Shown here: positions 1-7,750 of the stretch, in pieces
Position numbering within the stretch: the first letter of the stretch is position 1
Layout of the letters: every line of letters starts with the position of its first letter
DNA from: Candidatus Hermodarchaeota archaeon
GTDB taxonomy: Archaea > Asgardarchaeota > Hermodarchaeia > Hermodarchaeales > Hermodarchaeaceae
Direction of reading: 5' to 3'
Length of the DNA: 20,169 nucleotides
Assembly (NCBI GenBank): GCA_016840065.1
Contig: JAEOTB010000114.1
Location: forward strand, 1 to 20,169
The notes under the pieces: generated by a model
What the model saw: only the letters and a program-made list of their open reading frames with translations
The model's database searches: none
Told to the model about the DNA's origin: nothing
Program-made: the position numbers and the translations under genes

Positions 1-1
1 C

Positions 2-919
2 TCGATTCAGTTCACCGGCTCCTACAAGACCCTGGGAGTGGCAATCTTTGGCAACTATATTCTCGCTGCTGAGGATGGTGGTGGCATACACCTACTAAAC
101 GCTACTGACCCCTTTGATCTTCAACTGGTCTCAACCTATGGAGCGGGGATGAGTTGGTGCAATATCGACATCAGTGGTGACTTCATCTACGCTGCTCGTG
201 AGACATCCCTGTGGATCTTCCGACTCTTCAACAGCGTGGCAGATAACTGGGAAACAACTACTAAAACTGCTCAGTCACTTTCCGTCGACACTACGGACCG
301 GACCATCGAGAACGCCACACTCACTGTTGACAAATACGACACCAACGGGCTCTCATTTGCTTGGAGACTCTCAGCCGATGGGGGTGCTCACTGGGAATGG
401 CTTATGCTAGGCACACCCCTCACCTTTGCCTACCAAGGTAGTGATTTTCGCTGGCGAGCCAACCTCACCAGCACCCGCAGCGACATGACGCCAATCCTCT
501 ACAACGTCTCTATCACCTACGAGTTCAATGACCTACCCTCGGCCCCCGTGTTCACCACTACCGGTGACCTCGACATCGACGGCGACTTCATCATCTCCTG
601 GGACCCCTCCATTGACGATGGCGCTAGCATCTTGTATCAACTTCAGATGAGCACCTCCGACACCTTCTCACCGCTCCTCTACAACTGGAACCTAACATCG
701 ACGAGCCGCAACATCACCAGCATAACCGACGGCACTTACTACTTCCGTGTACGAGCCCTCGACGACGATGACGAATACGGTAGCTGGAGCGCCACCGACA
801 GCATCACCGTTACCCTCCCAATCCCAGGAATTCCTCCACTCTTCTTCTACGCCACCCTAGCCCTAAACGCGATACTAATAATCCTAGTGATTATCATATA
901 CCTACGAATGAGGAAGTAA
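2..919 (+). CDS. 5'-truncated cell-surface glycoprotein: LVIVD-like beta-propeller repeats, fibronectin type III-like domain, C-terminal IPG-TM-basic anchor
   Basis: The frame stays open upstream of GTG 38 to the window start (SIQFTGSYKTLGVAIFGNYILAAEDGGGIHLLNATDP). LVIVD-like repeats (IDISGDFIYAA). FN3-like pattern (ISWDPS..YQLQ..GTYYFRVRA..GSWS). At least 6 N-x-S/T sequons. Ends PIPGIPP, hydrophobic helix, RMRK. Confidence 0.75.
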   Translation, partial: SIQFTGSYKTLGVAIFGNYILAAEDGGGIHLLNATDPFDLQLVSTYGAGMSWCNIDISGDFIYAARETSLWIFRLFNSVADNWETTTKTAQSLSVDTTDRTIENATLTVDKYDTNGLSFAWRLSADGGAHWEWLMLGTPLTFAYQGSDFRWRANLTSTRSDMTPILYNVSITYEFNDLPSAPVFTTTGDLDIDGDFIISWDPSIDDGASILYQLQMSTSDTFSPLLYNWNLTSTSRNITSITDGTYYFRVRALDDDDEYGSWSATDSITVTLPIPGIPPLFFYATLALNAILIILVIIIYLRMRK

Positions 920-929
920 CCACTCTACT

Positions 930-951
930 TCCTCTCTTCCCCCCTTTTTCC
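930..951 (+). terminator. Pyrimidine/oligo-T tract, putative archaeal terminator
   Basis: tcctctcttcccccctttttcc lies just downstream of the stop at 919. Confidence 0.4.
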
Positions 952-985
952 GCTGAGCTTCACAAACAGACCATCTAGCTTGAAA

Positions 986-1260
986 CCGAAACCTAGGACT
1001 ATGGAATAACTTGTTCCGTTATCTTTACTGGTGAAAAGAAAGATTGAAGGTAATGGGTTTTCAGTCCGAGTCTTAACCGATTATATACCAAAAAGGAGAA
1101 AACAACACCCCCCTCACCAACAAGACACCTTGGGGATAGAGGGGGAGCGGGGGAGGAAGGGGGTTAGCCGAAACCTAGGGTTGTGGATTAGCATGTTTCA
1201 TTTCTAGGGTTAGTGAAAAAAGGTTGAGGGGCCAGGGTTGTCTGTCCTAGCCCTGATTGA
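986..1260 (+). repeat. Diverged direct repeat, copies at 986-1080 and 1168-1260
   Basis: Both copies start with identical ccgaaacctagg and align colinearly over ~93 nt, about 62/93 matches with one 2-nt gap by manual alignment. Confidence 0.7.
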
Positions 1261-1282
1261 GTTGAGTGAGTGGTTGTCCCTC

Positions 1283-2707
1283 TCACCATTCGCTTGGTGG
1301 TTCTTCCATGCGTCGTCCCTTGCCGGAGGCTTCGAATTCTGCCTGGGCTGCCTCTATGACGTCACGGTATTCCTTGGGGAGTCGGCTGGGGAGCTTGAAC
1401 CTGCTCTCCTCATCAAGGGCATAGCAGAACATGAAGGTGTTGTAGGCTGTGTTGAGGGGTCGGAAGACGAAGTAGCTGGGGATAGCGGCGAAGATGAGGA
1501 AGATGACAGCGAAGACGATGCCCAGAATGATGAGGCCTAGAGTGTCTGTGGGATTAAATAAGAAGCCAAGGATGAAGCCAAAGGCAAAGCCTGCGACCAG
1601 GTAGCCGAGGCTGAGGAGGCCACCGAAGAAGCTGAAGGTCGTTTTGACACCAGTCTCTGCGATGTAGACGTCGACCATGTATTTCCAGGTGGTTTTGGCG
1701 GATCGGACGATGGAGTCTTTGAGTCCACGTTTTTCTATGATGATGGCTGGTAGGGTGAAGTATGTTATGAAGCGGTAGATCATTCCGATAATTCGGGCCA
1801 AGATGACACCAACGATTGCGAGGATGCCACCTTGTTTGCGTCCGCTTCTCCTGACTGCACTTATTGCTACAGCTACAAGGGTTGTGACTCCAGCAAAGGC
1901 GATGATGGTGCCTGCAACGCTCCGGACTTCGCCCAAGGCGCCGCGGAGGTTCGGGTCCTCTTTACGCCACCAGGTGTGGGCGATGCTGACGTTGACGCCA
2001 TCAAACACATAGAAGACACTGAAGTACACGAAGACGTATGGAATCTCCATGAGGATCTGGATGCCCAGGAAAATCCATGAACCTAGCTCGGATGCGAAGT
2101 CGATTGTGGGGAAGATGACAGGGAGGTAGGCGTAAGCAGCGATGTAGGTTGCCACCATCAGTATCCCAGTGAAGATGCTAAAGATAGCGATGACTAGAGG
2201 GACGAGGAACATCTGTTTCTCTTGGAGAAGCAGGCTGGCGGTGAATTCGACGAGTTTGCCTGCCCGTTCAATTTTTCGTCGACGCCTAAACCAGATTAAA
2301 AGCTGGATGACTCCCATGAAGGGGAAGAGGAGACCGACGAGAGCAAGGAGGCCGAAGGGTAACAGGAATATGAAGATGATTACACCTAGGGCAATGTTGA
2401 CGATGGCCTGGAGTATCCAGAGAACCTTCAGCACACCAGAGGCAGCGCGCCGCATTAACAGCAGGACACCAAGGGCTAGGACGAACCCAAGCACCACGAT
2501 GAGAAGGATAAATGCGATCAGTATCCAAGAATACCCTGCAAGTATAGGAAGCGCAGACGCTAATGCTAAGTTGATGGTATCTATCACACTAGCGACGACG
2601 GGGTCCATGAACAACAGGTACAAACTGTAACAACCAAAGGAGTACAATAGTATCATGGCTAAGGCTAGAATGATTACTGGTACAACAGAACCTTTTCCTT
2701 TTGTCAT
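1283..2707 (-). CDS. Polytopic membrane protein resembling the choline-transporter-like (CTL/SLC44/Pns1) and DUF6159 families
   Basis: 474 aa with ~9-10 hydrophobic segments. RRRRKIERAGKLVEFTASLLLQEKQMFLVPL resembles the CTL 'RKRI..A..L.K.AS..L...P..L..P' segment. RFITYFTLPAIIIEKRGLKDSIVRSAKTTW resembles the matching CTL/DUF6159 segment. Confidence 0.6.
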   Translation of the reverse strand: MTKGKGSVVPVIILALAMILLYSFGCYSLYLLFMDPVVASVIDTINLALASALPILAGYSWILIAFILLIVVLGFVLALGVLLLMRRAASGVLKVLWILQAIVNIALGVIIFIFLLPFGLLALVGLLFPFMGVIQLLIWFRRRRKIERAGKLVEFTASLLLQEKQMFLVPLVIAIFSIFTGILMVATYIAAYAYLPVIFPTIDFASELGSWIFLGIQILMEIPYVFVYFSVFYVFDGVNVSIAHTWWRKEDPNLRGALGEVRSVAGTIIAFAGVTTLVAVAISAVRRSGRKQGGILAIVGVILARIIGMIYRFITYFTLPAIIIEKRGLKDSIVRSAKTTWKYMVDVYIAETGVKTTFSFFGGLLSLGYLVAGFAFGFILGFLFNPTDTLGLIILGIVFAVIFLIFAAIPSYFVFRPLNTAYNTFMFCYALDEESRFKLPSRLPKEYRDVIEAAQAEFEASGKGRRMEEPPSEW

Positions 2708-2834
2708 AGCACCTACTATACTCGGTGGCTTGAAAAGGCTTTACTTTCTCGAGTTTGATTGCGCTCTTGAAAGTCTCTCCAAGGAGCTGACTTAGAAAAG
2801 ATTAATTACAATCATAGTTGCAGTTAGCTTGTGG

Positions 2835-5111
2835 ATGATATTGCCTAGGGAAGAAAGTATTAAGCTTCCGCTCGTAGTAGGTGTTGTCCCAACAGTTATC
2901 GTTTCTGTAGTCTTTTCTTATTTCAGTGATGTGATCTTTTACTCAGACGCTACTCGTTTGGCAATGTATTCCCTCATAGCATTTCTTTCATCAATTACTG
3001 CGGCGGTATCCTTCATACGAGCACGGCAACAACCCTATTTTCATCAGCGAGTGTTCTACGCTATATTCGTTGTTACTGGTTGCCGGTACATTTTCGGAGC
3101 CATTGAACACCTATTCGGTTTGGTTGATTTTCCGCCGACAAGTTTTGAAGTTGAAGCATCCTTTCTCTTAGTCGAATTACTAATAATAGGCCTGTTCTTC
3201 CTGATCAGTGAAATCCTTCGATATAGATCCGTTTCCGGACCCTCAATACGTATCCAAAGAATACTGGTGGTATTGTTAGTTAGTGGTGTACTAACGTTCT
3301 ATATCTTACTATATTATGTAGTCCTTCCAGCTCTTCCAGCAGTATTAACCATGGGAATAATTGTAGGTGCTGCAATTACATCCTTTGTTTCATTTACTTT
3401 GTCTGGGGTTCTAGCTTACAAGGTAAAGGAAACAACTCCAACCTATTCCTTGGGGAGACTGTTAGCCAGCTATTCATTATTTTTATTGTCAGGCATTTCG
3501 TTACTTCTTTCATTGATGTTCCCTTTTCTGCAGACTGCTACTAATATTCTTCAAGTTGCTGGACTTGTAACAATAACTCTGGCTGTGGCAATACCCCTAG
3601 TACACGAAATTGGTTTGGATTTCCGTTCTTCCTACGCTTTTGCTTTAATCGTTACTCTTCTAATCACCCTTCCTTTTTTAGTGATTCTACTTGTAGAATT
3701 GTTGGCCTCGGGAGTAATTGTATATGCTTATGGCGAACATCTTCTTACACACTTGGGGGCTGCAGTTCTATCAGGTGGAATGGCATCTTTGATTACTGCT
3801 TATTCAAATCGTAAACCCGCTAGGGTCCACACCCCCCTAATTCTCATGTTTTTCTCCTGGATGCTTGTAGAAGTGAATCTGATATTTCTATCATTATTCC
3901 GAACACAAATTGGTTTAGACGACTCTTTTGTTCCATACATTATTGGTAGCTTTGTTACGATAGTTGCGTTGATTATTGCAATCCGTTGGATACTCCAACC
4001 TTTGGGGACTCACAAAATTAAACCCCCCAAGTTCTGGCTAGTAGTAAGTCTTGTTGGAGTAACCGCCCTGCTGTGGTTGGTTGATGCAGCGGAAATAGCT
4101 ATCAATTTTGCGACCCCAATCTTGAATGAAAGCCCTCTCGACCGGGCTATTCTATTAGTGTTTAATCTCATAGCCATGTTCCTGTTTACGTGTCTTGGCC
4201 TACTCTCGATTTACGAATCGCGGGGTAAAATTACAATTGAGACTCTCACTCAGGGATTCCTTGCTTTGTGGTTACTATCGATTATTTTGAAATGCGGTGC
4301 TTTGGAGTGGACTTTGGGCTGGTGGGTTGCTGAATATCTTCTCTTCGGTGGATTACTCTTCGGACCGGTGATTCTGGGAATCAGTTATTTGGAGGCTATG
4401 TCGAGTGCCGAAACCTCGCGGGGTCACGCTACGCTTTATTCTGATTTACTCATACATGATATTGGAAATTATCATCAACTAATCCAAAGTTCTCTTGACT
4501 TATTAGGATTAGAAGGTTCTACTCCAGAAATGCAGGAATTAGCAATGCGCCATGCACAATCAGGATTGTTACGTGCGCATCATCTGATTAGAAATGTACG
4601 GCAACTCGCAAGGATTGTAGGAACCCTTGAGGAACAATGCGGACCTGTTGATTTGGTGGAGTGTATTGAACTTGCTTTTGATCAAGCAATCTCTTTAACG
4701 CAGGCGGAGGGGGTCGAGTTTCTCATCAAGAAACCGGAAGAACCTTGTTTCGTGCTGGCAACTGATTTACTTAAGGATGTTTTTCTAAACCTTCTTCGAA
4801 ACTCCATCGATTACTCTCCACAAGAAAAGCGAATTATTGTCGAAATTGACTCAGCACATCACCTTGAACAAGAGTGGTGGGTGACGCGCATCATCGACCA
4901 TGGTCGAGGTATTAGCCCTGACCTTAAACCTAAATTATTTGAGCGTTTTCTTGAAGGTGCAGAGGGAACAGGGCTAGGGCTCTCTGTTGTCGGGGCGGTT
5001 GTGAAGGCTTTTAGCGGTTCTATTACTGTAGAAGATCGAGTTCCTGGGGATCATACCAGAGGAACTGTTTTCAAAGTAACACTGCGTGCCGTGAGAACAC
5101 CTAGTACTTGA
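2835..5111 (+). CDS. Multi-TM sensor histidine kinase HK1 (HisKA-like + HATPase_c)
   Basis: ~520 aa hydrophobic N-terminal region. H-box DLLIHDIGNYHQ, N-box VFLNLLRNSIDY, G1 IIDHGRGI, F-box KLFERF, G2 GTGLGLSVV. ATG 2835 preferred over TTG 2829. Confidence 0.92.
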   Translation: MILPREESIKLPLVVGVVPTVIVSVVFSYFSDVIFYSDATRLAMYSLIAFLSSITAAVSFIRARQQPYFHQRVFYAIFVVTGCRYIFGAIEHLFGLVDFPPTSFEVEASFLLVELLIIGLFFLISEILRYRSVSGPSIRIQRILVVLLVSGVLTFYILLYYVVLPALPAVLTMGIIVGAAITSFVSFTLSGVLAYKVKETTPTYSLGRLLASYSLFLLSGISLLLSLMFPFLQTATNILQVAGLVTITLAVAIPLVHEIGLDFRSSYAFALIVTLLITLPFLVILLVELLASGVIVYAYGEHLLTHLGAAVLSGGMASLITAYSNRKPARVHTPLILMFFSWMLVEVNLIFLSLFRTQIGLDDSFVPYIIGSFVTIVALIIAIRWILQPLGTHKIKPPKFWLVVSLVGVTALLWLVDAAEIAINFATPILNESPLDRAILLVFNLIAMFLFTCLGLLSIYESRGKITIETLTQGFLALWLLSIILKCGALEWTLGWWVAEYLLFGGLLFGPVILGISYLEAMSSAETSRGHATLYSDLLIHDIGNYHQLIQSSLDLLGLEGSTPEMQELAMRHAQSGLLRAHHLIRNVRQLARIVGTLEEQCGPVDLVECIELAFDQAISLTQAEGVEFLIKKPEEPCFVLATDLLKDVFLNLLRNSIDYSPQEKRIIVEIDSAHHLEQEWWVTRIIDHGRGISPDLKPKLFERFLEGAEGTGLGLSVVGAVVKAFSGSITVEDRVPGDHTRGTVFKVTLRAVRTPST

Positions 5112-5155
5112 ACCATTCTTCCTTTCTGGTTCTTGGTAGAATGATGTATCTCTTT

Positions 5156-6388
5156 TCATAGCCGACCGAAAGCACCTTTGAGGAGATCCCAGGCAACCCG
5201 TCCGAGGAGGCGTGGAATACTGACTCCTTGAGCGTAACTCCCTCCCGCGGTGTGGCTCTGGGCTCTGGTGACGAGTCGTCGGATGGTGGCGTCTTGTTGT
5301 CCGATACGGATGAAGAGGTTACAGAAGGGAGTTAGGAAGATGCGTTGAACCATAAGTTCCGAGCTGAACCGCCCAATGTGTTTCTCCCAGCGCCTTTGGT
5401 AGCGGGTAAGGAATTCAGTGTCGAACCTATTGTGTTCCAATGCTTCAACGAGGGTGTCAGCTGCTAGCCGTCCGCTGATCATTCCTGGGAGGATACCTGC
5501 ACCAGTTGCAGGTGAAACAAAACCTGCTGCGTCGCCGATTAGGAGTACTCTGTTGCTCTGGGTTGTGTCGAGTGGTCCCACTGTAGGGCACAACCCAGCA
5601 CTGACTCCTTCAGCTCTTGCAGAGTCTGGGAGCATAGTCCAGCCCTTGAGGAGCTTGATGAAAAGGCGGAAGTAATCCATTAGCCTCACTTGGTGATTTG
5701 CGAAGCAGCCAAGACCAGCGTTGATGTGGCGTGTTTTTGGGAAGAACCAAGCATAGCCAGGCGTTCCCTGGAATCCTAGGTAGAGATGGACGGCCCGGTT
5801 TGGTGCTAGGTGTTTTTTGATGAACTCTGGGTCTACTGGGAACTCCTTGACAACGCATTTGCAGACTTGGTTGGATTGCCATCCCTGATGGAGACCAGTT
5901 CGGCGAGCAACGACGCTGACCACTCCTTCGGCGCCGACCACTGCTCGGGTTGTTACCTTCTTTCTGCCTTCGAAGTAGACGGTGGCTTTCTGGCTTTCTA
6001 TCTTTATGTCTTTGACTCGGTGGCCTGTCTTGAGCTGGGCTCCTGCCTTTTGGGCGACCTTGGTGAGATATCCGTCGAAGGTGCTTCTGAGGAGGCCCAA
6101 CATCTTGGTTCGCCCACCGACCTGATAACGGAGATCAGGGGAGTGCAGGATGCCTTCAAAGCTCTCGCTCTCCAGGAACTCTCTTTCCTTCCCTTTGAGA
6201 TAGGGAAAAACCTCCAAGACTTCAGGACCAACAAAGCCTCCACAGGGTTTGTCTCGTGGTATTCTAGCTGCCTTGTCCACCAGAAGGACTCTGGTATCAG
6301 GGCGTCTATCCTTTAGCCATTTTGTTGCTGTGGACCCCGCTGGACCTGCACCGACTACGACCACATCAAAATCTGTTTTTTCAGGCAA
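5156..6388 (-). CDS. Geranylgeranyl reductase family FAD-dependent oxidoreductase (DGGGPL-reductase-like)
   Basis: FDVVVVGAGPAGS (Rossmann GxGxxG), KPCGG, GYAWFFPK (YxWxFP) and VLLIGDAAGFVSPATGAGI. Confidence 0.88.
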   Translation of the reverse strand: MPEKTDFDVVVVGAGPAGSTATKWLKDRRPDTRVLLVDKAARIPRDKPCGGFVGPEVLEVFPYLKGKEREFLESESFEGILHSPDLRYQVGGRTKMLGLLRSTFDGYLTKVAQKAGAQLKTGHRVKDIKIESQKATVYFEGRKKVTTRAVVGAEGVVSVVARRTGLHQGWQSNQVCKCVVKEFPVDPEFIKKHLAPNRAVHLYLGFQGTPGYAWFFPKTRHINAGLGCFANHQVRLMDYFRLFIKLLKGWTMLPDSARAEGVSAGLCPTVGPLDTTQSNRVLLIGDAAGFVSPATGAGILPGMISGRLAADTLVEALEHNRFDTEFLTRYQRRWEKHIGRFSSELMVQRIFLTPFCNLFIRIGQQDATIRRLVTRAQSHTAGGSYAQGVSIPRLLGRVAWDLLKGAFGRL

Positions 6389-6731
6389 AATCCAATCACC
6401 TCAAGGGCGCTTCTTCATACACTTTCCCTTCTTTTTAGACTTGCCCTCATCAGACGGGCTCTACCTTTACTGAAATGGGGCTAGACGGCATGAATAATCA
6501 CGGGTTAAGTATATATGCAACATACCCGTTATAATATTATGAAGGATATTGGAGGCGGTGCGAGAGCCATAGGGAGCACTGTGGTGTCCGTGGATTTCGT
6601 GCCACCTTTTTCCTTCTTTACTATAAACAATCCAACCTTTCCCCGGAGTCAATGTATAGCTGCTTTTTGACAGGAGGAGCAGCCACTACTTTGTAGGGTC
6701 AGTCACCGTTCAAACCTTTCACGAATCCAGT

Positions 6732-6738
6732 AAGGTGA
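6732..6738 (+). promoter_or_regulatory. Shine-Dalgarno-like site
   Basis: aaggtga lies 7 nt upstream of ATG 6746. Confidence 0.55.
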
Positions 6739-6745
6739 AGTATAG

Positions 6746-7657
6746 ATGGAAGGTATGCCCTGGCACGAGATTGTCGAGTACTATTACAATCCAGAGTATA
6801 AACTCCCAGCCAGGAGCTTCTACCTCATCTTGGGGAATAGGCTATCCCAGGAATCCCAGCACTGTCGGTCTCGGCTGGCTGCAGTGAAATACTTCCTAGG
6901 TGATTTCTGTTCAGGTCCACGACGAATACTAGACCTATGTTGTGCTGGCGCTTACCCGAGCCGATACCTTGCCAAGAGTTCCCATGACTTCTTTGTCGGG
7001 CTTGACATCAGCCCCGAGTCTTTGAGCTTCGCGAAAAGGAAGATCAGGGAAGAGGGATTATCAGATAGAGTCAGTGTTGAGCTAGGGGATGCCTTGAACC
7101 TTCCATACAAGGACAAATCCTTCGATGTGACTTTCTGTATCGGCTTTCTGGAATACCTTCAAGGCCCTCAGATTAAGCAGTTCTTTGACGAGGTGAAGCG
7201 AGTAACCCGGAACCAGTTCATCGTCACGACCACATCAACAAGCGTGATGAAAAAGATTACATACCGATTAAAGCTGAAAGATATTTTCTTCAAACTCTAC
7301 AAGGTACCTCATCACCATCTATACTCTGCTGAAGAGTTTGTTGCGCTTCTTCGACAGCATGGATTTCCGAGAATCCAGTTGGTTGAAGTGGCAGATTACA
7401 CGCTGGTTGCCTCTGTTCCTATACTTAGCAGGCGAAGGGGCAGACGAGAGAAAGGGGTGACGCAACTCAGGGAAGAGGAGGTTCTCCCCAAGGAGGAATA
7501 CTCCCTCAGCCCATCTATCTGGGAGGCCCCCTTGCAAGCTGCGATGGCAGCAATCGCTAGGTCCAGAGAGTATCTAGCCCCGATTTGGGCGTCAATCGCC
7601 TCCTCCAGACGGAACTTGAATCATCTTCTCCTTTCCAGAATGCAATTCGGTCGGTGA
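6746..7657 (+). CDS. Class I SAM-dependent methyltransferase with a C-terminal extension
   Basis: Motif I variant RILDLCCAGA, VGLDISPESL, GDALNLPYKDKSFDVTFCIGFLEYL and EVKRVT. Confidence 0.85.
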   Translation: MEGMPWHEIVEYYYNPEYKLPARSFYLILGNRLSQESQHCRSRLAAVKYFLGDFCSGPRRILDLCCAGAYPSRYLAKSSHDFFVGLDISPESLSFAKRKIREEGLSDRVSVELGDALNLPYKDKSFDVTFCIGFLEYLQGPQIKQFFDEVKRVTRNQFIVTTTSTSVMKKITYRLKLKDIFFKLYKVPHHHLYSAEEFVALLRQHGFPRIQLVEVADYTLVASVPILSRRRGRREKGVTQLREEEVLPKEEYSLSPSIWEAPLQAAMAAIARSREYLAPIWASIASSRRNLNHLLLSRMQFGR

Positions 7658-7750
7658 CCTGTTTCCTGCGTCGAAGCTGGATGGAGGGCACAGATATAAG
7701 TTTGAATGATGTATATTCTGCGAGCGGTGATTTCGTAGAGGGTAGTGTCT

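Noticed and set aside
986-1260. Repeat pair as a minimal CRISPR array or IS ends
   Set aside because: Only two long, diverged direct copies, with no regular repeat-spacer period, no cas or transposase gene and no terminal inverted repeats.
1238-1540. 100-aa ORF with an acidic tail (EDEEDDSEDD)
   Set aside because: Antisense shadow of the Phe/Ile/Val/Leu codons in the membrane gene 1283..2707. The same applies to 1803..2012, 1832..2080 and 2169..2630.
2708-2834. Short cttgaaa / cttagaaa repeats in the CTL-HK1 divergent promoter region
   Set aside because: Only 7-8 nt, AT-rich and irregularly spaced, so too weak to call an operator.
2835-4420. Kinase membrane domain as a rhodopsin or GPCR-like 7TM
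   Set aside because: No retinal-binding DxxxK motif is present, and the TM count (~16) fits 2x8 better than 7 or 14.
5810-6316. 168-aa plus-strand ORF and other short ORFs inside the GGR gene
   Set aside because: They lie entirely within a well-supported gene and have no motifs.
6467-6710. Minus-strand fragments (YKVVAAPPVKKQL; WIVYSKEGK...GHHSAPY) vaguely like a RelE/ParE toxin
   Set aside because: The fragments are in different frames, too short and need several indels. The resemblance cannot be distinguished from chance without BLASTX.
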